A DNA stretch of 32,000 bases from Parasynechococcus marenigrum WH 8102. GTDB lineage: Bacteria; Cyanobacteriota; Cyanobacteriia; PCC-6307; Cyanobiaceae. Of this stretch, positions 6,556-15,009 are shown piece by piece. Within the stretch, counting starts at the first letter, position 1; each line of letters starts with the position of its first letter. The stretch spans positions 1,590,001-1,622,000 of the forward strand of contig NC_005070.1 in the NCBI RefSeq assembly GCF_000195975.1, read 5' to 3'. A program made the translations under genes and the position numbers. The notes under the pieces are model-generated. The model searched no databases, was not told the DNA's origin, and worked only from the letters and a program-made list of their open reading frames with translations.

Positions 6556-7272
6556 CTAGATCAGTTCAGCAATCACCTGTGCCGCCTCGACAGCACGCAG
6601 ATACGTCCCTCAGGAGGACGCTGAAACCATCTGGCGCAACCTCAAGTCCATGGGGTGGAAGCGGACGGAACCGTTATGGGGTGCCTCAGCAGAACCCAGA
6701 CGAGCAGGCAAACAAAAAGACATGACGCATGAACGCCCTGCCTTCAGACTTCCCTGGTGAGAAAGTGCTGTAGGTATTTAGTTAGGGGTTTTTTGTATGT
6801 CTTCCTTGATTACTTTCTCTGTGGGTCAATTCTCTGATGCTTTATCAACAGGGTTACACTGGTTCATACGGATACAAGACCGCACTTACGCAGATTAAGC
6901 AAAGTCATCTCTGCATCCCATTGCTTATCAAACTCAAGGCAGACACCCCTTGTGACACGAACAAAGTGCCTTTCCCCGCACTCATACGTGTGTAATCGTT
7001 TGCACGGATTGCCAAGTTTTGTTTCTTGCATCGGGATGTTTTCTTTTTATTGTCCTCGTCAAAACGGTAAAACGCGTATCACCTATCACAAAGTGACGTT
7101 TATGTGCAAAACAAGACTACATAACTTTTGCTTCGGGGGGAGTTGAAAGATTTATCTCCAGAAATAAGATTTTCCTCCATTAGTCTAGTAAAAACAGGGA
7201 GTTTTTAACCTTCTGCCTCCTGGTTCCCCACCTATGTTTAATGAGGGTCAGAAGTCCTCGATCAACACACTT

Positions 7273-7564
7273 TTAGGTGCTTGCATTTTGTGCGTTCATC
7301 CAGTCGATGACGTCCCGTTCGTTCCAGACGTCATAGCGAGAACCCAACTGGATTTGCTTTGGGAAGGTCCCGTCCGTCATCCAACGATAGATGGTACTTA
7401 TGCTTAGTCCAGTCACTCAAGAAACCGAGGCAGGCGTCCGAAGGGAAGTGATCAATGTTGATAAATGCGGTTGGTTGGTCTTTCATCAGAAGATCAACCA
7501 AGAAATCCATTGTTTGCAGGGGTTCTCGATTTCTGCCTTTTTTGAGACTGGACACGAGACTCAT
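7273..7564 (-). pseudogene. AlpA-family (phage/island HTH regulator or excisionase-like) gene, interrupted
   Basis: The frame ending at 7273 reads VTGLSISTIYRWMTDGTFPKQIQLGSRYDVWNERDVIDWMNAQNAST. This aligns with the intact AlpA-like protein at 15336 (MTGLSRSTIYSHMSQGLFPKQSKVGTRIAVWLESDILSWI). The same frame upstream reads ...LITSLRTPASVS then TGA (7419-7417). The only ATG-started ORF (7331..7564) is in another frame. Confidence 0.55.
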
Positions 7565-7635
7565 CTATGACCCCTATTAGATTGCGGTCAGTTGGTACAG
7601 GTGTATTAGTTCTGGGTCTAGTCGCGGGATAGTCC

Positions 7636-7884
7636 ATGACCAACCCACCTGAGGAATGGAGGTTTCTTCCTCATAGGTTTCTTCAACCTGCAGTTGACGG
7701 TGAGCATGTATGCCTCTACTGCAGATATTTCAACTACCACCCGACCTTCCTTTGCCTGCCCATCTGTGCCTGCCACCTCCATCAGGGATTGGTGGATAAC
7801 CAAAAACAGTCCAGCGTGTGCTGCCCCGAATGGACCTCCATAGGACGTGTAGGCACCAAAAAAGGGGCACCGAAGCACTCCTGA
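7636..7884 (+). CDS. Cysteine-rich hypothetical protein (82 aa)
   Basis: Eight Cys, including C-x2-C (CLYC), C-x3-C-x-C-H (CLPICACH) and CC-x-EW. Codons are strongly C-ending (tac, ttc, aac, cac, tgc, ctc, acc, gcc, atc), which favours this frame over the antisense ORF 7618..7878. Confidence 0.45.
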   Translation: MTNPPEEWRFLPHRFLQPAVDGEHVCLYCRYFNYHPTFLCLPICACHLHQGLVDNQKQSSVCCPEWTSIGRVGTKKGAPKHS

Positions 7885-7963
7885 GTTCTGGTTTGGGACT
7901 GTAAATCCGTTAATCCGTCACCAGGACCTCGCTACTTCTAACCAGATCCACAAAACGGAGCGT

Positions 7964-8077
7964 ATGAGACTGGAATTTAGAGATACAGACAATCCAGAAC
8001 AACGTGGTTATGGTCCTGAAAACACCATCCCCTGCATCCACGAGGCAAAGTCATATGTCAGAGAAAATCAAACTTGA
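7964..8077 (+). CDS. Candidate mini-ORF (37 aa)
   Basis: An ATG is preceded by GGAG (aaaacGGAGcgtATG). Translation: MRLEFRDTDNPEQRGYGPENTIPCIHEAKSYVRENQT. There is no other support. Confidence 0.25.
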   Translation: MRLEFRDTDNPEQRGYGPENTIPCIHEAKSYVRENQT

Positions 8078-8199
8078 ATACCAGTCAGACATCATCTTCT
8101 ATAAATGTGCCTCTGCTGGGGAGGACTGGAGGGAAAAGTGATCTATGAAACATTTGCTTTTTGATATGGATGATATAGTTGACATCATTTTCATCGATT

Positions 8200-8502
8200 A
8201 TGTCTTTTCTGACTTCTGTTCGGACAATAGTGAAGGAGGGCGAGGTCGAAAAGTATGTCGAGGCAGTTCGCGCGTGGGAAGCACCTACAGATATGAATGG
8301 GTATTTTGCCCAAACAGGTGAACGATCCTTTATCTTCACGGGGGTCTTCAAGAACAAGGAGTCTCTTGTGGCGGCAAGACCTCAGATGATTGCTCATCTG
8401 GATTCTGTAAGAGACCTTCTTGAAGAGATCTCTGCTGATCTTGGTGTTACGGATCCTGTTTCCGGTCCAGTACTTGTCGAAAAACTGAACTGGTGCACCT
8501 GA
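8200..8502 (+). CDS. Hypothetical protein (100 aa), possibly a small alpha+beta (ABM/Dabb-like) protein
   Basis: Track ORF 8179..8502; the first ATG is at 8200 (MSFLTSVRTIVKEGEVEKYVEAVRAWEAP...FIFTGVFKNKESLVAARPQMIAHLDSVRDLLEEI). The fold suggestion rests on pattern only. Confidence 0.5.
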   Translation: MSFLTSVRTIVKEGEVEKYVEAVRAWEAPTDMNGYFAQTGERSFIFTGVFKNKESLVAARPQMIAHLDSVRDLLEEISADLGVTDPVSGPVLVEKLNWCT

Positions 8503-8545
8503 ATCAGTGCAACGTCGTTATGCCTTGGGAAAGAGAGGATTGGGA

Positions 8546-8638
8546 ATGAACGGAAAAATTCTGGTAGTCGGAATCGTCCTCTTCTTCCTTCTCTTCTTTG
8601 TGTATGAAACTTGGATGATGCGAGGTCTTCCTCACTGA
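8546..8638 (+). CDS. Candidate 30-aa single-helix membrane peptide
   Basis: ATG at 8546 after AGAGAGGA. Translation: MNGKILVVGIVLFFLLFFVYETWMMRGLPH. Below the track's size cutoff. Confidence 0.3.
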   Translation: MNGKILVVGIVLFFLLFFVYETWMMRGLPH

Positions 8639-8819
8639 TCAGACCTGGACGCTTAGCAATCCCGACTAATCAGCAGAACAGTTCAGATCAATACAGAAGA
8701 GAACTGCTCAGTAACGATACGTACATCAATTCAGAATTTCTTCCAAGAACTTTGGGACGCAATGCTACGACTGGTGCTAGCAACCACTTAGTTTCTCCGT
8801 AAGTATTTCTTCCGTCCGA

Positions 8820-9017
8820 ATGTCCCCCGCTGACCTCTCATCGCTCAAGTGGGGCGACGACGGCGAACTGTCTTCTCAAGACACCTGGAACCTGGTCAAC
8901 CGACTGACCAAGGTGGAGGAGGAGACCAAGGCATCAAACCTGCTGCACCTCTCCTCCAAGCACTCCCATGGAGAGCACCGCAAGAAGCGGAAATCTGCTC
9001 AATCCAAGTCTGCGTAG
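8820..9017 (+). CDS. Hypothetical protein (65 aa), acidic N-terminus and basic tail
   Basis: Track ORF: MSPADLSSLKWGDDGELSSQDTWNLVNRLTKVEEETKASNLLHLSSKHSHGEHRKKRKSAQSKSA. No recognisable family. Confidence 0.4.
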   Translation: MSPADLSSLKWGDDGELSSQDTWNLVNRLTKVEEETKASNLLHLSSKHSHGEHRKKRKSAQSKSA

Positions 9018-9163
9018 GTCCCGTATCCCGTAGTCCCGTAACACGACAACCCATAAGGATAAAATTAAATAAGACACCCTATGAAAAAATAATAACGAAT
9101 TAACAGATTAACAATGAAAAATCATTTCTACAAAAATTTCCTTCGATCGGATAACTAGATGAT

Positions 9164-9448
9164 TTATATCGCTTCTGCAACAAGTCTCCCTGCTCCTATG
9201 GTCACGAGAAATGTCATCATTATTACGACATCCCACGCTTTAGATTTGATGAAATAAGGCACTGAAATCAACATTGCTGTTAAGTGAATAGCAACTCCAG
9301 TCACAACGTCAAGATGAAGAGTGATGAAATATGCAGCAATGATTAACCCGCTACCAACAATCCTCATTCGTTGAAGCAAATCCACTGATCGCGTCATTAG
9401 TTCGTTGACTATAAAGATCTGATTACGCCTTGTGTGAGCATCGGTCAT
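9164..9448 (-). CDS. Small membrane protein (94 aa, about 3 predicted TM helices)
   Basis: Track ORF in very AT-rich DNA. Hydrophobic segments: IVGSGLIIAAYFITL, VVTGVAIHLTAMLISVPYFI and VVIMMTFLVTIGAG. Confidence 0.5.
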   Translation of the reverse strand: MTDAHTRRNQIFIVNELMTRSVDLLQRMRIVGSGLIIAAYFITLHLDVVTGVAIHLTAMLISVPYFIKSKAWDVVIMMTFLVTIGAGRLVAEAI

Positions 9449-9482
9449 TAGGGATAACCGCCAGATGTACTGGTCGATACAT

Positions 9483-10748
9483 TTATGTGATTAGACCTTG
9501 TTCCACTAATGCATCACACCAAGCAATCATAAAATCTTTTCTCTCAGTCAGCATCTGGGACTTGTCGTAGTAACCACGTATCTTGTCTCCAAAAGAGTGC
9601 GCCATCTGTCGTTGAATAATCTCATGATCAACCTTGAGCACCTCTTGTCCCGCGGTAAGAGCAAGGTGCCTGAATCCATGAGCAGTCGTTAGACCCTTGT
9701 ATCCCATTTTTTTGAGATGAGCATTGAGTGAATCACGGTGCACATGTTGATACTCCCTTCCTCTTGGAGAGAAGAAGACATAGTCAGTCTCTCCTGTAAA
9801 AGTATGCAGTCGATTTAAAACATCTTTAATCGGTGCAGTTAACGGCACTTTATGACTCTTACCTGTCTTCATTCGATCTGCAGGAATTGTCCATATCTCC
9901 TTTTTGAAGTCAAATTCGTCCCACTTTGCTGGTGTCAAAGAACCAACTCGAAGGAAGGTCATCACCAGGATCTTCACTGCAAGAAGAATGACCAATGCAG
10001 CGTTCGGGTCATTCCTCTCCAGGTCATCAAAGAACTTGGGTAACTGGTCCCAGTCCAGAGATGGATTCGGTTGGGGTTTGTGTTGTGCCTTGGAAAACCG
10101 TGATGACTGAGCAGGGTTGGGTTCGTTCATCCATGCCTGGTCGATCGAGTAGGCAAACACCCCACGCATCACTCCAAGCATCTTCTCGCTGGCGATCTTG
10201 GACCCTCTGCCTTCGATTTTTTTCCTGAAGTCCAGGATTGCCTGCCGTCCTGTTTTGCCATCGGGTTGCTTGGCATCCCAGGCAAGGTTCTTGATCGGTG
10301 TCTCCGCTCCGAACTTGGGGATGATCTGGTCGAACAGCATGTTGCGGTAGTCCTTCAGGGTCGTCCTCTTCAGGTGGGACCTCTCCAAGAACTCCGTTGC
10401 AGCACGCTCAAGCGTTGGCGTCTTCTGCTGCTCCACGACGACCGCACGCTCCTCCTTCTTCAGTTCTCTGGGGTCCTTGCCCGTCTCTTGGGACCAGGTG
10501 CGGATGCGGACCCACTCGTCCCTGGCGTCTTTCAGGGTCCACTTGCCTGGTCCCTTGCCATAAGGACCGATGCAGACCCAGACCTTCTTCCCTCCGCCAC
10601 CAGGCGGGAAATACATGTACCCGTAGAACGACTTGCCGCCTCCCTTCTTGGCGGGTTCCAGTCGAATTCGCAGTCCTGGACCAGCGGAGAAGTCTTTCAT
10701 CTTCTCGCCCACCTTCAGCGCCCTGATTTCAGAGTCGGTGAAAGGCAT
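9483..10748 (-). CDS. int: Tyrosine recombinase/integrase, P4-like (DUF4102-type N-terminal domain), intact
   Basis: Track ORF 9483..10790; the likely ATG is at 10748 (MPFTDSEIRALKVG...). The N-terminal arm-binding-like domain is present (GLRIRLEPAKKGGGKSFYGYMYFP). Catalytic signature: Arg in FLRVGSL, H-x-x-R in AHGFRHLALT, and His...Tyr in MAHSFGDKIRGYYDKS. Confidence 0.9.
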   Translation of the reverse strand: MPFTDSEIRALKVGEKMKDFSAGPGLRIRLEPAKKGGGKSFYGYMYFPPGGGGKKVWVCIGPYGKGPGKWTLKDARDEWVRIRTWSQETGKDPRELKKEERAVVVEQQKTPTLERAATEFLERSHLKRTTLKDYRNMLFDQIIPKFGAETPIKNLAWDAKQPDGKTGRQAILDFRKKIEGRGSKIASEKMLGVMRGVFAYSIDQAWMNEPNPAQSSRFSKAQHKPQPNPSLDWDQLPKFFDDLERNDPNAALVILLAVKILVMTFLRVGSLTPAKWDEFDFKKEIWTIPADRMKTGKSHKVPLTAPIKDVLNRLHTFTGETDYVFFSPRGREYQHVHRDSLNAHLKKMGYKGLTTAHGFRHLALTAGQEVLKVDHEIIQRQMAHSFGDKIRGYYDKSQMLTERKDFMIAWCDALVEQGLIT

Positions 10749-10755
10749 CTCAGGA

Positions 10756-10915
10756 TTCCTATACCTCTGATATTTTCCTATACCAGTCAAGTCCTTCCTA
10801 TACCTTTTCCTATACTTTTTGGGTGAGAATTTGGCGGAATTCGTGGGAACTCAGGAAACCTTTGGTTTCTTCAAATCCATTGCCCCGCAATAGATCTGAG
10901 ACCTCGTGGGAACTC
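10756..10915. promoter_or_regulatory. Candidate arm-type sites, integrase-proximal arm of element B
   Basis: TTCCTATACC at 10756, 10775 and 10795, and TTCCTATAC at 10807. TCGTGGGAACTC at 10841-10852 and 10904-10915. The block lies between the int-B start codon and att core copy 2. Confidence 0.5.
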
Positions 10916-10929
10916 CTGAGAAGTACTTG

Positions 10930-10943
10930 GAACGGAGAGGGTG
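10930..10943. repeat. att core copy 2 (GAACGGAGAGGGTG), junction of elements B and A
   Basis: Exact 14-mer in the same orientation as copies 1 and 3. Confidence 0.7.
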
Positions 10944-11014
10944 AAAGCCCAACTCAGTACAGCAGCCCATGCTGGCCAGTGGCTTGGAGGAGCTGGTCAA
11001 ATGGCTTCCACATT

Positions 11015-11037
11015 TCTCACAACACATCTCACAACAC
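11015..11037. promoter_or_regulatory. Candidate arm-type sites, distal arm of element A
   Basis: TCTCACAACAC at 11015-11025 and 11027-11037. The same 11-mer occurs four times next to int-A (16806-16868). Confidence 0.5.
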
Positions 11038-11278
11038 TGTCCGAGAGTCCAACTAACGGAACAAGCCATGCATGTACGCATGCCAAGCCAGCCAGCTCTA
11101 AGACATACATCAAAAGGCCCAATATTAATTCTAATTAAGCACCCAAAAAGAGCTAGCCATCGCAAGAGCCCTCAAACGGAGCCCATCCAAATAACATTAC
11201 GTATGTAAAAAGACATAACTCATTGGCAAGAGACTCACTACTGCCGAACAGCAAGCCTAAAATTATTACATTACAGTA

Positions 11279-11542
11279 ATGAGAATGAAAAAGGAACTTA
11301 TCGCTAGTCCTTTTCTCATGGTAAGCCTAAGTCATACAAAGATTATCAAGGCACAATCATTTGACCAACGTCCGTATCGACAAGAAGACATAAATTGGTG
11401 CACCCAAGGACACATAAGAAAAACAGGAGTCCATCCGACAGTAGCTAGAAATTGGTGCACTTGCTTAGTTGACACGATGAACACAACTAACTACAGCAAA
11501 TTCGAAATCCTCAATATTTGCGAAAGATGGGGTAGGCCATGA
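11279..11542 (+). CDS. Hypothetical small cysteine-containing protein (87 aa)
   Basis: Track ORF with 4 Cys and a repeated NWCT motif (INWCTQG, RNWCTCL). Its stop overlaps the next start (ATGA at 11539-11542). Confidence 0.4.
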   Translation: MRMKKELIASPFLMVSLSHTKIIKAQSFDQRPYRQEDINWCTQGHIRKTGVHPTVARNWCTCLVDTMNTTNYSKFEILNICERWGRP

Positions 11543-11883
11543 AAGCTTGGACATTTTTGTTATTGACTGGACTTCTACTTTTAGTGGGCTCCAAATCGAA
11601 TGCAGGATATTATCGCTATCCGCTAGAAGGCTTTCACAAAGCTTGTGCAGATGGGTCAAGTGCTGATCTCGCCATACTTACTGGATACGGCGGCATGTAT
11701 TTGACTGGAAATGGGAACCCTATGAATGCATACCCAATGGACATGTTTACAGGAGACTGGTCACCATTGCTTGGGGGAGGCTCACTTTGCTGGACGCGAC
11801 AAATGAGCGCAGGAACACAGAAAAGTCTCATAAATAGCTATCAAAAATATTGCATTGATTCACAAAATCATTACTGCTTCTAG
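11539..11883 (+). CDS. Secreted hypothetical protein (114 aa) with an N-terminal signal peptide
   Basis: MKAWTFLLLTGLLLLVGSKSNAG is followed by a Gly/Tyr/Met-rich mature part with 4 Cys. It is translationally coupled to the upstream ORF. Confidence 0.55.
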   Translation: MKAWTFLLLTGLLLLVGSKSNAGYYRYPLEGFHKACADGSSADLAILTGYGGMYLTGNGNPMNAYPMDMFTGDWSPLLGGGSLCWTRQMSAGTQKSLINSYQKYCIDSQNHYCF

Positions 11884-11904
11884 CGCAAAATCCAGGAGAA
11901 ACCA

Positions 11905-11970
11905 ATGAAAATATTGGGAACTTGCAAACGCGCAGGTGCTTGCAAGATCAAACTCGCACAAGTAAGTTGA
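11905..11970 (+). CDS. Candidate 21-aa basic peptide with two Cys
   Basis: ATG at 11905, five nt after AGGAGA. Translation: MKILGTCKRAGACKIKLAQVS. Below the track's size cutoff. The only support is the strong SD-like sequence and its position at the end of the two-gene operon. Confidence 0.3.
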   Translation: MKILGTCKRAGACKIKLAQVS

Positions 11971-12042
11971 GCCTGCTTCGTCAATTCAGTTTCTAAAGTG
12001 AAATCATGTTGATCTAAGCGAGCTGGCTATGTTCTGAAGCAA

Positions 12043-13305
12043 TTAATTGCCGAGCACTGAATCAACAATCGAATTTCGCTGATTACTTCCCTGTTGCATA
12101 CTTGCAGTTCCAGGCAAAGAAAGTCGGACAACCTCTGTCTCCTTATCATAAATATAGGGAAGAAGCGGATACTTAAATCTTGGCCCAGCATTTTTGTACT
12201 TTCGCTTTAAGCGCGGGGGCAGATCGTCAATGACCTGCCTTAGAGACATCTTACGTTCTGTTTCACCAGGATGGGTTGCCATTGGTTGTGTAGACGTATC
12301 ACCAGTTATTCGGTGAAGAAAGTCAATGACATCAATGCATTTTTCGGGATCAAGCCCCGCATTAGCCATATAAGTCACAGCAAACTTATCGGCATCCAAC
12401 TCGTGCTCACGAGAAACTTTTTTCATTTCTAGAGCAAAGTCCGAGATATATTCTTCAATATCTCTCATTGTCCTTTTAACAAGACTTGCCGGAAGCCCTT
12501 CCATATAGGACATAGCATTAAGGGTCTGGGGAGCAGACAACATTAAACGTGAAAGATTTTGAGACACCACTTGGCTATATCCCTGAACATATGAAGCACC
12601 TGCATATAAATCAGCCTCTAGCTGCCTCGCGAGATTTTCGGTATTCATACGAGATTGAACAGCAGCGGCATAGTTACCTTGAGACGATGCATATCCGACG
12701 TTATATGCATTCATACCAACGGCGACAGCAGCCCAAAATTCATTACTCTTCTTGGCCTTGTGTGCATTGGCGACCGCGCTTCGTATTTTTTGGGCAGCTA
12801 TTTTGTCAAGGCTTACACGTTTTTTCTCCTCTTCTTTTATATGATTACGCTCAATATGCGCCGCCTCGTGTGCAACTACACATGCCAAGCCTTCAGTATT
12901 TGCAGCTAGATTATTTTGCAAAGCTCTACTTACTGTAATTAAGTTATTTCTCGAATTTGCAGTTGCATTGTTGCCTCCTAACGTATCGTTAATTGTCTGA
13001 AGAGCCCAGATAAGCAGATTATCATCTTTTGATACTTTGGGCAGATCTTCAGCTAATTTGCATTCAACACTATCACAAGTGCCTCCGCCCATTGCCCGTG
13101 AAGTTATGGACATTCCCTGTTTAAATTTATTTGTTTGCATAATCCTTTCCAGCATCCGATAAAGCGGATAAATGTATTCAGTCATCTCTTCTTTTTGCTC
13201 TGAGTAGCGATCAGTTGCAGTTGCTGGCTGCGCGCAAAGGAGTAAAGGCCCCAGGAAAAATGAGATTACTGTTACAGAGAATGTCTTGAACTCATTGGAT
13301 TTCAT
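12043..13305 (-). CDS. Secreted or membrane-anchored zinc metallopeptidase, M48-like (HExxH)
   Basis: Track ORF 12043..13332; the likely ATG is at 13305 (MKSNEFKTFSVTVISFFLGPLLLCAQPATA signal-like N-terminus). It has HExxH (VVAHEAAHIERNH) and a later EHELDADKFAVTYMANAGLDP block typical of M48 peptidases. Confidence 0.7.
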   Translation of the reverse strand: MKSNEFKTFSVTVISFFLGPLLLCAQPATATDRYSEQKEEMTEYIYPLYRMLERIMQTNKFKQGMSITSRAMGGGTCDSVECKLAEDLPKVSKDDNLLIWALQTINDTLGGNNATANSRNNLITVSRALQNNLAANTEGLACVVAHEAAHIERNHIKEEEKKRVSLDKIAAQKIRSAVANAHKAKKSNEFWAAVAVGMNAYNVGYASSQGNYAAAVQSRMNTENLARQLEADLYAGASYVQGYSQVVSQNLSRLMLSAPQTLNAMSYMEGLPASLVKRTMRDIEEYISDFALEMKKVSREHELDADKFAVTYMANAGLDPEKCIDVIDFLHRITGDTSTQPMATHPGETERKMSLRQVIDDLPPRLKRKYKNAGPRFKYPLLPYIYDKETEVVRLSLPGTASMQQGSNQRNSIVDSVLGN

Positions 13306-13730
13306 TGCTGCCAAGGAGGACTTTATTGTCAATCATATACTGTTCGGAACGATAGTGCAACTGCTCGCCAAAAGTTCTCAACATTTTCTCTCCTTAATTC
13401 TTACTTTCCCCCATTAAACCCAGCAAAATTTCTACAAGGCCTCCTTAACAAGCGAAAAGCTAGAGATCATTACAATAAATTTTTCAAAAAGCATAGCAGT
13501 CGTCAAGCTGAACGCATCGAACCAAATTAAGTGGCCGCAACAAAAGCCAAACTCTCGGATCACTTGATTGAAATTTTCGACAAATACAAAGAAATATGGA
13601 CTATGAAGCAAAGATGTAGCTCTAAATTTAGTCATCAAACAACGACTGGATCATCTGAAGAGCCGAAATTTTGACTCGGAAGAATAGCCTTGTCCTTTGT
13701 CTTAACAGCAACAACTTGTGCACTATTAAG

Positions 13731-14009
13731 CTAGCGCATTGCCGATACTGGGTTCACCAGGTAACGCTTGCGGGATGAGGTCGTCGACGTCCGATCAATA
13801 AAATCAATACCAGGACGTAGAACTCCGGCTTTGATCTGAGACACCAACCAATCACGCCCGCAATGCAAGTGTTGCGTCGCCTCCTTTAAGGGCACAAAGC
13901 GATCAGGTGATCGTGATTGAACCAGGCGGGAGACTTCTCGCTGCAAATAATCAACCCGCCTAATCAGATCGTTTAATAACTTTGCGGTATTAATGAGGTT
14001 ACTATCCAC
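13731..14009 (-). CDS. Hypothetical DNA-binding protein (excisionase/HTH_17-like C-terminal half, coiled N-terminus)
   Basis: 92-aa track ORF. FVPLKEATQHLHCGRDWLVSQIKAGVLRPGIDFID resembles excisionase-type helix-turn-helix segments. Recognition is by eye. Confidence 0.4.
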   Translation of the reverse strand: MDSNLINTAKLLNDLIRRVDYLQREVSRLVQSRSPDRFVPLKEATQHLHCGRDWLVSQIKAGVLRPGIDFIDRTSTTSSRKRYLVNPVSAMR

Positions 14010-14214
14010 AGAACCAACTAGATAACACTAGTTAATTCTAAATTGATATATCTGAAATCGAAAAAGGGGAAGCACTCCCCGGCTTATGCCAAAACAATCC
14101 ACCAAGCCGGACTTTTTCAGGGCAATAGGGACTGTGGCGCCTGAGAGGTCACACGCATCTCGTAAGACTGAAATGACGCACAGACAAAAAAGAGCCTCCT
14201 CGAGTCCTTATGGA

Positions 14215-14646
14215 TCAAGCAGGTCTGGGCTGGAAGATCTGACTGAGATTCACACCAGCTTCGTAGGCCAAAGATCGAACCTCGCTTTGTTGCTCTTCTG
14301 TGAGGCCATCCCAGAACGCATCGACAAGATCCATGGTGGCTTTACCTGCACCAAAGACACCTAAGACTGATAAAGGGAAGGCCATCCATGGGAACACAAC
14401 AAGAACAACTCCCAGAACAGCACTTACTGCAGCACCCTCTTTGGCAGATGCCCAAACAGACTCAGCCACCAAACGAATTTGAGTTTGGCGATCCAAAGCT
14501 CCACGCTTACGCATGGCTTCGGTGCGAAGACCAGTCAACAGAGCCTGATAAATGGCGTAGACCAGAACCCCGCCCAGGGGTTGACTCACCCACAAACTCC
14601 GTGGAGGAGACAGGACCAACACTCCTGTTGATGTTGACGGATGCAA
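14215..14646 (-). CDS. Hypothetical membrane protein (up to 143 aa; start uncertain)
   Basis: Track ORF with a non-ATG first codon. Internal candidate starts include the ATG of MRKRGALDRQ... Hydrophobic helices: AVSAVLGVVLVVFPWMAFPLSVLGVFGAG. Confidence 0.5.
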   Translation of the reverse strand: MHPSTSTGVLVLSPPRSLWVSQPLGGVLVYAIYQALLTGLRTEAMRKRGALDRQTQIRLVAESVWASAKEGAAVSAVLGVVLVVFPWMAFPLSVLGVFGAGKATMDLVDAFWDGLTEEQQSEVRSLAYEAGVNLSQIFQPRPA

Positions 14647-14916
14647 GTCCAGCCAAAGGAGCGATCTCCACTCCCGCCTTGGGAATCTGATAAGGATCTC
14701 GAGAGCGTCCCATGGTTGCGACCCAGAGATTCCAGTTTAGATCTGGCTTCCAGATGCATCAAGGGCATCCGTCGGGAAGCGGAGGGCGGAGTTTGCTTAT
14801 CTCATTTCAATCTCAACCCCGCTCTAATCGGCTGCTACCAAATGGATCCTGGGTCTCAGGACTGAGATTGGGCTGAGATTGCACCTGAATCACAAACCTC
14901 TCTCAAGCAACGACCA

Positions 14917-15009
14917 CATGGGTGTCCCTTTTGGGCTGACACTTTTGGTCATCCCATGTGATTCAAACTAATAGCCCAAATGGGACACCAATATGGGACA
15001 CCAATATGG
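14917..15009. promoter_or_regulatory. Operator-like repeat set upstream of the AlpA-like gene
   Basis: Tandem ATGGGACACCAAT at 14980-14992 and 14993-15005, followed by a partial third copy ATGG. An inverted copy, CATGGGTGTCCC, lies at 14917-14928. Confidence 0.35.

Larger units (their letters stand above)
4070..10943. mobile_element. Integrative element B (~6.9 kb), P4-type integrase, integrated in tandem at tRNA-Ser
   Basis: Bounded by att core copies 1 and 2. An intact integrase (9483-10748) lies next to the tRNA-proximal core. A private repeat family (TTCCTATACC, TCGTGGGA) is present in both arms. Confidence 0.65.

Noticed and set aside
13432-13638. 68-aa minus-strand ORF between the M48 peptidase and the HTH gene; also a 30-codon ORF with a strong AAGGAGAG upstream (13292-13384) that overlaps the peptidase start
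   Set aside because: There is no homology, motif or codon-bias support in this AT-rich stretch. I noted them as possible but could not support them as features.
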